Below are positions 1-10,481 of a stretch of DNA of 64,000 nt, piece after piece (position 1 is the stretch's first letter; every line of letters begins with the position of its first letter). The stretch lies in NCBI RefSeq assembly GCF_964204865.1, contig NC_135261.1:2108001-2172000 (forward strand), read 5' to 3'. A model generated the notes under the pieces. It was not told the origin of the DNA. It searched no databases and saw only the letters and a program-made list of their open reading frames with translations. Source of the DNA: Styela clava. Taxonomy: Eukaryota. The position numbers and the translations under genes were made by a program.

Positions 1-67
1 TATTTCTGCGTGTTTCAAACTCCACTTCACATTTTGCTCGTTTTTTCCAGACTTTTGTGAGTTCATT

Positions 68-452
68 TTACTTATTGATCTTGATCGGTAAGTATGTTGA
101 TAGGTATTTGTGCCATGCTGAAGTATGTGCACCAAGATGTCGCACAACATGAACCCTAACCTGGTACACAACCTGAGTTCAGGTTGTGCGCCATCTCGGT
201 GAGCATACTTCCGGTCCGGTATTTGTCCGTCTGTTAGATTGACGCGATATCTCACGAAAGCGAGGTTGAATCTCCTCCAAATTTTGCATGTGCATTCATC
301 ATATCTCGAAGCCTATTGATTTTGGATGAATTATGTCGTATAATCAGCGAGTTATTAATTAATTAGAGATGTGACACACGGTGTCGCTATGGAGTAAGAG
401 TAAGTAACTTTTGATCGGCAAGTCTTCGGTCTCCGACCGATATTCTCGTTTA
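68..452 (+). mobile_element. Interspersed repeat, DINE-1/Helentron-associated-like, interrupted by a MITE fragment at ~110-218
   Basis: Homologous in inverted orientation to 8710-8986 (cttattgatcttgatcggtaagtatgttgataggt; gatatctcacgaa..gcgaggttgaatct; gcctattgattttggatgaattatgtc). It has GTCY units. Family assignment is inference. Confidence 0.55.
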
Positions 453-1035
453 TATTTTGTGTGTTCTTTCTTTGTTTTTTCAGGGAAATCAAAATAAACT
501 TAATAAGTTATTCTAAATCATAATGCTTAATAACCAGCTTTGGTCCCGGCGGCTTTTCTTTCCAGTAGAATTATGAAAAGAGAGGGATTAATTCTCGACA
601 TTTCCGCATATTCGCATTATTATCGTTTATTACTTTGCTGATTGACTATGACTATTACAAACATAAATACTCCATATCTGGTTATATGCGGAAATGAACA
701 CAAAATGGCATAGTTGTTTCAAACCTATATTACTTGAACTAATATACAATACCAATATAAGTAGTATTCAATAAAAGAAATATGCATCTTGATTAATAGA
801 AAATAATTTAACCATTCAAATTAATTGATTAGAAGCTCATTATTCAAAATTGTGCACCTATGCAGTCTCCATTAGCAGTAATAAAACTGAAAAACTCAAA
901 CTGAACCAAACTTGGCACAAAATTTTTTACCCCCCACTCCCAGGTTTAAAACAAAAATACTGAAACTTTATCTACTGATTTCTGATACAAAACAGAAATT
1001 TGAAAAGCATTTCTATTTCAGTTAAGTGTTTAGGC

Positions 1036-1328
1036 TAGGGTGGTCCAAACTCAGGCCCTACGGGCCACATGTGTGGCCCTCCGCTTCATTATCTGAGGCC
1101 CACGTCACATTTGGAGAGTTATCAATAAATCGCATTTTGTGTTGTTTCTAGATAAAATGCGGATTCTATTAGCCTGGGATGGCTATGTCTGATATCTTCT
1201 GTGTGTTTGCACAATGACAGTGTTTGTTTTGTATTGCACTGTTTACCCATTCTTGGCACTATTGTGACCCGCGAACAATGAAAAAATAAAATTGTGACCC
1301 GCAGAGCCGACAACCTTGGACCACCCTG
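1036..1328. mobile_element. hAT-type MITE
   Basis: TIRs TAGGGTGGTCCAA / TTGGACCACCCTG; 8-bp TSD GTTTAGGC / ATTTAGGC with one mismatch. Confidence 0.75.
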
Positions 1329-1532
1329 ATTTAGGCTACCAAGGAGTTTTAATTTGGAAAATTTGAAATACTGAATGAATATGGTGCAGGGTTGTGAAGA
1401 CATGCAATATACTACAAGACCAAAATTTACAATTGACCTCAACTCTGTGTTGAAAATTTTCCTGAATGCCAGAGTAAAAACCTCTGGTAATGTTTCTCAT
1501 ACATGGTGTTTTACATATACAAAACGAAAAAT

Positions 1533-2456
1533 TTAAGCGGCGATGGTGCCAATATGAGTGGTTGCAATTATAGCAGGTTGGGTAGTGATGTTCACTTCAG
1601 TAGAATTACTCCTATCCATCCAGGGGGAACACTTAATTGAGCTGAAAAAATATAATCTAAAACTGAGTGAAAAAGCAAAATGTAGGACGAAAACAACTGC
1701 CAGTATAATCATTGTTCGTTTAGTTCCTTCCTCGCGCATTTTCGGCCAGAGGCTAACGAGAATCACCATGCCAGAAATAACCGCTGTTATGACAACAAGA
1801 ATCCACTCAACCGTGCAATTCGGAATCAGGAGTAGAAACGAGAGAGGGATGAACATGAACATCGAGTAACCGTATAAGCATAGAATGTCGAGGTACCCAT
1901 AACTGGCTTGCATTTTTGTGAAAAATAATATTCCACGAATGACTAATGGGATCAGAAAAGTGTATCCGTAAACGATCACCATCGCAATTACGAGACGATG
2001 AAATTCCGGATTATAGTTGTAATTCACGTCAGAGAAGTTGTTGAAATAGGTTGTCAAATTCCCACATATAGCTATCGTCATAACAAGCGTTGCACAGATC
2101 CAGAAAGGTCCATAGACATCGGGATTTCCACCGATATAATTCCTATGGTAATCAGCGCTCGGAATAGGCAGAACTGAACCCTTTATTCTTCCCAGAACAA
2201 CGTACGTATCGACATCAAATAATTCCTTGTAGAAATCGAAACTCCATATCGGCGACGATTTCTTATTAACCAACTTTGCGGAATCGCCACCAGTCTCCTC
2301 ATCATCTTCTTCATCGACCGCAGATGATGGAAATTTCGTGAAAGTGTGAGTTTTACCATCGTTTGAGCTACTCCCCACAGATACCCCCTCTAGTGGTTGA
2401 TCAATTTTTCCATCTGTTTCCCATAAGCTGTACTCGTCCGAAGTATTTGAAGCCAT
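1533..2456 (-). CDS. YIPF1: Yip1-domain family protein (YIPF1/YIPF2-like), 307 aa
   Basis: WSFDFYKELFDVDT, PDVYGPFWICATL and CLYGYSMFMFIP motifs; multiple hydrophobic helices; single uninterrupted ORF. Confidence 0.9.
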   Translation of the reverse strand: MASNTSDEYSLWETDGKIDQPLEGVSVGSSSNDGKTHTFTKFPSSAVDEEDDEETGGDSAKLVNKKSSPIWSFDFYKELFDVDTYVVLGRIKGSVLPIPSADYHRNYIGGNPDVYGPFWICATLVMTIAICGNLTTYFNNFSDVNYNYNPEFHRLVIAMVIVYGYTFLIPLVIRGILFFTKMQASYGYLDILCLYGYSMFMFIPLSFLLLIPNCTVEWILVVITAVISGMVILVSLWPKMREEGTKRTMIILAVVFVLHFAFSLSFRLYFFSSIKCSPWMDRSNSTEVNITTQPAIIATTHIGTIAA

Positions 2457-2663
2457 TATAATGTTAGTAACAAAACTAGTTATTTCTTATAACTATATCT
2501 GTAAGTAGAAGAAATATTTTTAAACAAGATTTGAGGATTTTAAATTTTCACCAACATTTTAGATTAAACACCAATATAGTTATTTCTCTGTAAATAGTAA
2601 ATTGAGCATCTCTTAAACAGCAAAACCTCATCCTAGGAGCATAGGATATAGCATAAGCATATG

Positions 2664-2962
2664 CATCCCGGGAGAAAGGAAAGCTGATACGATGGCTTAA
2701 CCATATCACGAACCGCGGCCTCTCGTCCGGTTACCATTCCATGCTGGGTAGGGGATTAGTTAGTTATTTGTATTCGGAAGCCAGGACTTGATGGTGGAGG
2801 AAGCCGTAACCGACCAGCGGTTACGTGAACCACCCTACGGCGACGAGGAGTCCAGAAATCCTCTCGCACATAACAAACCCCATATAGTATTCGAATCTGC
2901 GAACCCACGTACAGTAATCAGAGGTGCGGTGGGCGATGGCAAGCGTATTCCTAACGCTTAGC
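2664..2962 (-). mobile_element. tRNA-derived SINE, partial copy
   Basis: Homologous to 16256-16601 and 9179-9510 (ggtggaggaagccgtaaccgaccagcggttacgtgaaccaccc). Confidence 0.75.
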
Positions 2963-3215
2963 ATGATGACACTCATACTACATATGCATGCCTACATGAC
3001 AAGATTTTCTAGTCCGAGTGGGTGATGTACATTGTGTTGGAATTAAATTAGTGCTAGCTAATGTGGCCAACATGGCACCATCATTGAGCAATCCATGGAT
3101 GATAATAGGTACGTGGCAAAGTTTTTATGCCATGATGCTTCCCATATATACAATTACTATTGAGCAACACTTCAATACCAAATATAAAATAAAGATCAAA
3201 TTTACTAGAAAAGTG

Positions 3216-3445
3216 GGTACTCATGTAGTATGTGAACCAAGATGGTTGACACCGGAACGTAGCATATGTACCAGGTTAGGCCATAATCTCAGGTACAAAT
3301 ACCACAGGAGTCATTTGGCTAGTCCCCGAACTCGTAATAAAAATAAAATAAGCAAAATTAGAATAAAATTATGTCCTAACCCTAACCTGGTACACATACT
3401 ACATTCCAGTGTCTGCAATCTTGGTGCACATACTGCAGGAGCGCC
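3216..3445. mobile_element. MITE-like repeat (GGTACT...CCTAACCCTAACC family)
   Basis: Imperfect TIRs ggtactcatgtagtatgtgaaccaagat / atcttggtgcacatactgcaggagcgcc; related copies at 10173-10481 and 12748-12964. Confidence 0.65.
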
Positions 3446-3719
3446 AAAAATTGTTATACCGGGAAAATTGTCATGCTAAGGCTTCCATGCATATGCTATA
3501 AATCCACACACTAACATATACAAAATAGGCGCAGACAAGTCAGGGAAAAATAAAATCTAAATTGCACATTTGTGTAGTCAACTTCAAGGGCCACCAAGTT
3601 AGGCAATATAAAAAAAAAAATGGTTAAAACATTCGATGGAATACTATGTTCACTCACAAAAAAATTTGGTGCAACTTTGGCATGCAGTGATTTTAGTATT
3701 TACCTAACCTAACTGGATA

Positions 3720-3897
3720 TGATGGGATTTACATATTTATCCTGGGGGAGAGGAAAGCCGATAATACGGCTTGATCATATATGGTGAAACGCGGCCTCTT
3801 GTGCAGTTACCAGTACATGTCAGGTATGGGATTAGTTAGAGAGTTATTTGTTTTAGAAAACATTGACTCGGAGGTGGAGGAAGCCGTAACCGACCAA
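3720..3897 (-). mobile_element. tRNA-derived SINE, 5'-truncated copy
   Basis: Matches the tail half of 16256-16601 (gatttacatatttatcc..gggggagaggaaagccgataa). Confidence 0.75.
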
Positions 3898-3916
3898 GCA
3901 AGTGGGAATCACATAG

Positions 3917-3994
3917 TTTCATCGCATAGGCCTACTGAAGTGACCACAAACCTTAAAAGGTTTGTGGTCACTTCAGTAGGCCTATGCGATGAAA
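3917..3994. repeat. Perfect 38-bp inverted repeat with a 2-nt spacer in the ASB 3' UTR
   Basis: 3917-3954 tttcatcgcataggcctactgaagtgaccacaaacctt is the exact reverse complement of 3957-3994. Confidence 0.95.
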
Positions 3995-3996
3995 AG

Positions 3997-5520
3997 TCAG
4001 CAATGCAATAAAAACGCTGTGATTTTTTTTGGAAGTTTTAAACTCTCGACATATTCTTGTCGAACCATGCCTTTCTTTTTTATAATCAAACATCGTATGA
4101 ACCATCTAGATAAATTTAACAACGAAGGTATATTTTGTACTAGGTCTCCTTCCGAGAAATTTTCCTCTGTTGGTGGTTCTGACTTTCCGAATGAAATTGT
4201 CAAAAACGGAAAATAATTTAAACAGAATAATATTCCAGGAATGTCTCTTTTTAAACTCGAATCATTTTGAAAATTTTTATGTTTTTTAATTATGGATTCT
4301 ACATCAGGAGACATGCCATATTCAAACCGTATTTCTAAAATTCCTGCATTTAAAAATTGTTTCAAAGCTTCGATGTTTAAATCAGCGAATACGTCAGGCA
4401 AAAGATAAATTTCGACAATACATACACTTTCATCAAATTTTGCCAATTCTTGAAATTCAGTTCCATGGTTATAAAGAATTTTTATTGTTTCTGCGCAAAA
4501 TTTATCTGGGCACTCTTGTAGTAAACAGACCCACACAAGCGTATCATAAGTTTTCGTTGTTGAATCAAACGTGGGGAATCCCCTGTCAAACAAATGGATC
4601 AAACAATTCGTATTTCCATTCAAAGCTGCATGAATAACAGCATTAAGACCTTTGTCACGGGGTGTACCATCCGCTAATAATTTAATGATTTCAAAATCCC
4701 GATAGTCTACGGCTATATCCATAGGAATGCATGGCAATTTGGGATACAATATCTGACCGTAATCTGCAGGCTTCGAAGCGTCAGCCCCGTTGTCAAGCAG
4801 ACAGCGTACTATTTCAACATATCCTTTTACTACCGCTAAGAATAACGGAGTACAATCGTCATCATCATAAGCGTCTATATCACGTACTTTATCAGCAAGA
4901 AGTTTCACGATTCCATAATTATTTTTCCAAACGGCAAGATACAGAGGTGTGCGACTGAAAATGCATGTTGTATTAACGTCAGCTCCATTTTGTAATAAAA
5001 TTTTCGTACCTTCCAAATTCTGTTCCTCGACTGTAAAATGTATCGGGTGCATCTGCCATCCAGAAAGTTCCATCACATTAATACACTGAGGAAGTTTTTT
5101 CACAAGCACCTCAATACATTTATTATGTCCATGCCTGCATGCTTTGTGCAAAGGAAATCCCATTTTGTTTACATGTACTTCAGCTTTTCGATAAATATCA
5201 GCGAAAAAATCGACAATTTCATAATGTCCTTGCATAGCAGCAAGAGATAATGGTGTACTACAATGATACACACTAGGTGATAACACCTTCTCTAATACTT
5301 CAGGCACGGAGTTATAATCCGAATTCGCTTTTTCAAAAATTATTTTCACACATTCAAAATGTCCGTTATAAGCTGCATGGTGTATAGGCCCCCATCCTTC
5401 TTTATCCTTCTCATTATAATCCTTCCCATGTTCCAATAATTCTTTCAATACTTCAATATTCACAGATTTCACAGCTGTATATACATTAGTACAGTCATCT
5501 GACTGTCCTGACAAATTCAT
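3997..5520 (-). CDS. Ankyrin repeat and SOCS box (ASB) protein, 507 aa
   Basis: Multiple ankyrin repeats (GWGPIHHAAYNGH, TPLSLAAMQGH, TPLYLAVWKN, TPLFLAVVKG); C-terminal SOCS box IPSLLNLSRWFIR...LKLPKKITAFL. Confidence 0.88.
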   Translation of the reverse strand: MNLSGQSDDCTNVYTAVKSVNIEVLKELLEHGKDYNEKDKEGWGPIHHAAYNGHFECVKIIFEKANSDYNSVPEVLEKVLSPSVYHCSTPLSLAAMQGHYEIVDFFADIYRKAEVHVNKMGFPLHKACRHGHNKCIEVLVKKLPQCINVMELSGWQMHPIHFTVEEQNLEGTKILLQNGADVNTTCIFSRTPLYLAVWKNNYGIVKLLADKVRDIDAYDDDDCTPLFLAVVKGYVEIVRCLLDNGADASKPADYGQILYPKLPCIPMDIAVDYRDFEIIKLLADGTPRDKGLNAVIHAALNGNTNCLIHLFDRGFPTFDSTTKTYDTLVWVCLLQECPDKFCAETIKILYNHGTEFQELAKFDESVCIVEIYLLPDVFADLNIEALKQFLNAGILEIRFEYGMSPDVESIIKKHKNFQNDSSLKRDIPGILFCLNYFPFLTISFGKSEPPTEENFSEGDLVQNIPSLLNLSRWFIRCLIIKKKGMVRQEYVESLKLPKKITAFLLHC

Positions 5521-6072
5521 TACTAAAATTTTGAATGAATCTGTGAAAAATGATATATATGTAATATATGAATTGTTATATACTGCATAATGACAAAAAA
5601 ATTAAAAGAAAATGTCAGCCATAACAGTTCTATGAATTAATTGGTAAATACTGCATCAGCATAATAAAAATTTCGTAAATCAACAACTTTAGGGAGTTAC
5701 TAATATTGGAAGCACCAAAATGTTTTTTTTAGCGTTGCCATCCCAATTTACGGCACATGGTTTGACCCAGAAAATTATATGAATTGACAAAGCATAATAA
5801 AAAATATAAGCATGAAAAATAAATTTTAATAAGATTCAATTAAATGGAATATAGATACAAATACATTACAATCCTTGATATACAGCGTGTTCTTGAATCT
5901 TGGAAACATTTTAAATTTAAAAAGCATCTAAGGCTGCCATGTATATATATTTTTTCCCCAAAGCAAGTGCAGTTATGACGATGCCACAAAACCATGGCAG
6001 GAATACCAAACCATGGTACAATGGCTGGGGACGAGGTACCAGTATTACGAACACACTTTATATACATGTTGA

Positions 6073-7038
6073 TTAGTTTTTCTGATTGTTATGACATTTC
6101 ATGGCAAAAAGTCTGTTAAAAAGTTCAAGTGATGTAATTGCCTCATGTTTTCCGTTTTTCCCAAGACCATCATCAAAATCTAACTCGTCTAACGAAACGT
6201 CGTTATCAACGTTGGCAAAATATGCAAAAGATCTTCTTGGCTTCATTTTTCGAGATTCGTCTGTTGGGTTCACCACTCGGTGGACTGTTGCTTTCAAACG
6301 CTGACCGCTCCAATAATGCAGCATCTCACCGACATTAACGAGCATTGTGCCAGGAATAGGTCTCACGTCAACAAAATTTCCGTCTAAAGTTTTTACTTGT
6401 AGTCCGCCAATATCATCTTGGAACAGAAAGGTTAACGAGCCAAAATCAGTGTGTTCTCCACATCTAATCTGGTTTTCAAGTATTTCAACGCCAGGTCCCA
6501 AGGCAGGATAGTTTATAAATTTAAAGCATGATGTGTTGCCATCTTTGCCAACTAATTCATGTGACTTGGCGAACAAGTTTTTATCGCTTAATCGCATTGC
6601 CCGTCCGAGAGCTTTCAAAACTCTCATCAGCAATATTCTACATAAACGTTGCATTTCCGTCACTCTTACTTTCAAATTGTCGACATCAGGCCACTCGTTG
6701 TCTCCCATATTAGCAGGGAAGCGAATGCCCTCGTTCATATCATGCGGTCGTTCCAAATTTGCTTGGAAAGATTGATAGTTATCGTAGCAAAGCCCGATAC
6801 TTTTTGAAGCAAACTTCATCTTATACTCGAGAGAATGGGAGAAAAATTCCTCGTCGACTTTATTCAAATCTTTTATGATTTCATCTGGAATACCATGATT
6901 AGTTAAGTAAGCAAAGCCCGAGGATGAGAACGCTTCATATAACTTTTTCCCAATGTCAAATAGGTCAGCCTCCGAGACTTTTTCTTCGCTTTCCACTGTT
7001 AGTCCACATCTTGCAATATCTACTATTGGTATATTCAT
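6073..7038 (-). CDS. 2-oxoglutarate/Fe(II)-dependent dioxygenase (IPNS/DIOX-like), 321 aa
   Basis: N-terminal IPIVDI and GFAYLTNHGI; HTD motif (GEHTDFGSLTFLFQD..GGLQV); VNVGEML; distal HRV; RRS 2OG-binding motif. Confidence 0.9.
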   Translation of the reverse strand: MNIPIVDIARCGLTVESEEKVSEADLFDIGKKLYEAFSSSGFAYLTNHGIPDEIIKDLNKVDEEFFSHSLEYKMKFASKSIGLCYDNYQSFQANLERPHDMNEGIRFPANMGDNEWPDVDNLKVRVTEMQRLCRILLMRVLKALGRAMRLSDKNLFAKSHELVGKDGNTSCFKFINYPALGPGVEILENQIRCGEHTDFGSLTFLFQDDIGGLQVKTLDGNFVDVRPIPGTMLVNVGEMLHYWSGQRLKATVHRVVNPTDESRKMKPRRSFAYFANVDNDVSLDELDFDDGLGKNGKHEAITSLELFNRLFAMKCHNNQKN

Positions 7039-7257
7039 TTTAGAAATCTAAGTTACAGAATACAGTTGAACAAATTCAGTTATCATGCAGTCTTGAAAGG
7101 CTGTTGAACCGGCTGTCTTTATAGCAGTCCGATAGCATTCAATGGATGAGACATTCAAATAGCGATCGAGGCCATAATATATCAATCCCTATTCCTAATT
7201 AACAACCCAATAACCCTCTACAAATGAGGCCATTCATATGTGATTGTGACAATATAT

Positions 7258-8635
7258 CAGGGGTGACGAACCCATTTGCTGTCGCGGGCCACTTTATCAG
7301 TCACCGTGAGTGAGCGGGTCGCACAATTTTTAGTCGTACTACCATTTGATACCTGTTGATTTTCATCTACAAAACGAACAACGGCATCCATACAGCTGAT
7401 GTTATTCAATTATATAATGCAATATAAACGCTCAGCTCGGATGTTCGAGATCCGAATTTCCATTCGAATACCACAGCATTTGTAACACGAAAGTTTGAGT
7501 CTACTACCTGCGTGTTAATGCAAAATCAATTTTCAATGTACTGATTGAAATAAATTGTAGTCTTTGATATTTTATAGCAGATCTAGGGATTTCTCGGACG
7601 TTGATATAAATATTTAGTGATAGAGACAGTCAGTGATGCAAGAACATCATATTTGTATAACATATTTGGGTGTCGCTGCTCGATAACCAAATTTGTTTCC
7701 CCGCGGCTTCCCTTCCCCAGTAAAAATGTGTGTTAAATTTTGTTTATTTTTTGATTTCGTTAGTTATTTTTTTGCTGGTTGGAAAAAATAAAATTGACTA
7801 TGACTATTGGCTATGTATAACTAATTCGTAACATTGCAAAAATATGAATCAAAACTAAATATAATCTGGCAGTTGGAAACACTTTTAATGGCCGTAGATT
7901 GATGTGATATTTTATCATAGTAATGTTCTTAATTTGTAGACGCAGCCGCATATTACATTAAACACAGAATTAAAGTTAGAAAGCAATAAATTAAAAATAG
8001 ACTCCTATTGGTCGCCAATGAAATACTTTGCACAACTGCAAAATCGCTAAACGACAACATAACATAACAGTAAAAAACATTATTCGTCGAAAAAGTGGGC
8101 TCTTTTCACGAGTGACCTGCCTAATTGCGTCGACAGTTGCATAAAAATTTAAGGATTCGTTACGATTTACCCTTTCCCACAATGATAATATCAACCTACG
8201 CATTATCGAATCTTTCTTCATGACATTTTGTGTCGCGTTAATATGCAAAATTCTAGTTGATAATGCCTCAGAAAAGTATTTCGGGATCCTTTGTACAAAA
8301 AAATTCCTTATAAAAAAACACCGCCTCCGCTCAAAATTGAATGTAAATTATAAATAATTCAATTACATTTTTAGAGTGGGTGGGGGCTAAGAATCCAGAT
8401 TGCGTCGGAAATTCAAAACCTCAAATCCATTGTTAGAGGTATCGATGATCCAAAAAAATAGATGTGTTGGAAATAGTGTTGTTGCCAGTAATATGAATAC
8501 GATAACACTTGCACTTCCGTTCTCTCTGTACAGTTCTTGGAGGTTTGTGACTTTACACCAAACATACACTGAATTGTCTGAATGCTTCGTGGGCCGCACA
8601 AAAGTCCTTGGCGGGCCGCAGGTTCGTCACCTCTG
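7258..8635. mobile_element. Non-autonomous hAT (Charlie-like) element
   Basis: TIRs CAGGGGTGACGAACC / GGTTCGTCACCTCTG; perfect 8-bp TSD CAATATAT at 7250-7257 and 8636-8643. Confidence 0.85.
7430..7808 (+). mobile_element. LINE 3' fragment nested in the hAT element
   Basis: ggtgtcgctgctcgataaccaa is shared with the reverse complement of ~44725-44746; ends in aataaa plus a (tgacta) tail; 5' boundary approximate. Confidence 0.45.
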
Positions 8636-8709
8636 CAATATATCCATTCCTAACCTGCTGTCTGTCTATAAGGCAGCTCAATGAGCAAAATACTATATGA
8701 AAAGAATTA

Positions 8710-8986
8710 AAGAGATAGCGATCAGAGAACGCCGACTATCAATCTAGCGGCGTGTATTATTCGCTTTGACTCAATAGCGACACCGCATGCCCCATTACTA
8801 ATTAAATAATAACTCACTGGGTATATGACATAATTCATCCAAAATCAATAGGCTTCTGGTCCGAGATATGATGAATGCACATGCAAAATTTGGCGCAGAT
8901 TCAACCTCGCCTTCGTGAGATATCGAGTGTATCTAACAGACAGACAAACACCTATCAACATACTTACCGATCAAGATCGATAAGTA
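8710..8986 (-). mobile_element. Interspersed repeat, DINE-1/Helentron-associated-like
   Basis: Inverted homolog of 68-452 with a cagacagacaaaca (GTCT) microsatellite. Confidence 0.55.
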
Positions 8987-9178
8987 ATAACATCTCAAAA
9001 CTCTTCTTAAATATTTCCGTAGACTTACAGGATTTCCTATATTGAAGGGTACATATAGAACTAACTACCTGTTTATTCTTCTGAGGAGCGAATCGAACCA
9101 AATTTCATGTAATACATTCTATGAAAAAACATGAAACATCCGCCAGGCAAACTTTCAAATTTAACATACAATGTCAAT

Positions 9179-9510
9179 GATAGGATTTACATTTTTATCC
9201 CGGAAGAGAGGAAAGCCGAAAAGACGGCGTAATCATATGGCGAACCACGGCCTCTCGTCCGGTTACCATTCCATGTCGAGTATGGGATTAGTTAGTTACT
9301 TGTTTTCGGAAGCATGGACTTGATGGTGGAGGAAGCCGTAACCAACCAGCGGTTACGTGAACCACCCAACGGCGGCTAGGAGTCCAGCAGTCCTCTCGCA
9401 CATAACTATCCCCGCATGAGATTTTAACCTGCGAACCCAAGCAGAGTAATCAGAGGTGTGGTGGCGAGCGTATTTCTAACGCTTAGCACGATGAGCCACA
9501 CCGCCGCGCC
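9179..9510 (-). mobile_element. tRNA-derived SINE, full length
   Basis: Minus-strand head GGCGCGGCGGTGTGGCTCA (A box); colinear with 16256-16601. Confidence 0.8.
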
Positions 9511-10172
9511 GGATAAAACTAGATTTGTGAGAGCACAAAATAACATCATGTGACTCAATAATTGCATAATATCCAATATTGCAGGGGTTATACAGCAGTG
9601 CTTCCTAAGCTTATTCAGTTGGCAACCCACTTTTGTTGGCATTTTGCTGTGATGAGATGTTAATGTATGAGAAAAAATGTAACCCAATGCAATTTACTAT
9701 CAATACAAAACTTAATCTTGTGTAATTAGGAAGGCCAGGGTTTCTCAACGCCGGGGCCCAAAACTGACTCGCCTGCAAAATTACTTGAGTTCGCATGCTT
9801 TTTCAACAAAAACCTAAAAGTAGATAATTTTATTTTCTTGGATATTTCTGCGTCATTAAAATTGGGTCGCACTTCATACTGATGAAAGCGAAATATCAAC
9901 ACGAAAGTTCCTGTAACATGTTCAATTAAAAACATGAAACCTACCTCAGACAAACTTCCAAATTCAACAAACGATACCACTATGATATGATAGAATGAAG
10001 CTAGAACTGTGAAAAAAAACTAAAATATTTCAATTTGGCTGTGAAACATTCTGGTATGTACCTAATATCTCAAGCATATTTAATATTCAATACTAATCTT
10101 ATTGCGTGGTGAGATAAATAATAGTGTCAAATCTAATATATATTTGAATATATTCAAGCAATATAAATAAAT

Positions 10173-10481
10173 GGTACTACTGTAGTATATGAACCAAGAT
10201 GGCGGACTAGACGAGTGACTCCCGTAGTATTTGTATCTGAAACTTCAAATTATGATGCATCTGTAATTTATTTCTGTACATATGCATACCAAGATGGCGG
10301 ATACCAGAACATAGTATGTGTACCAAGTTAGGGTTAGACCATAAATTCAGGTATAAATACTTCGGGAGTAACTTGGCTAGTCCCCGAACTCGTAATGAAA
10401 CTAAATAAAGGAAAATTGTAACCTGGTACACATACTATGTTCCGGTGTCCGCCATCGTGGAGCACATACTACGGGAGTACC
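10173..10481. mobile_element. MITE-like repeat (same family as 3216-3445)
   Basis: TIRs ggtactactgtagtatatgaaccaagatggcggac / gtccgccatcgtggagcacatactacgggagtacc. Confidence 0.7.
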
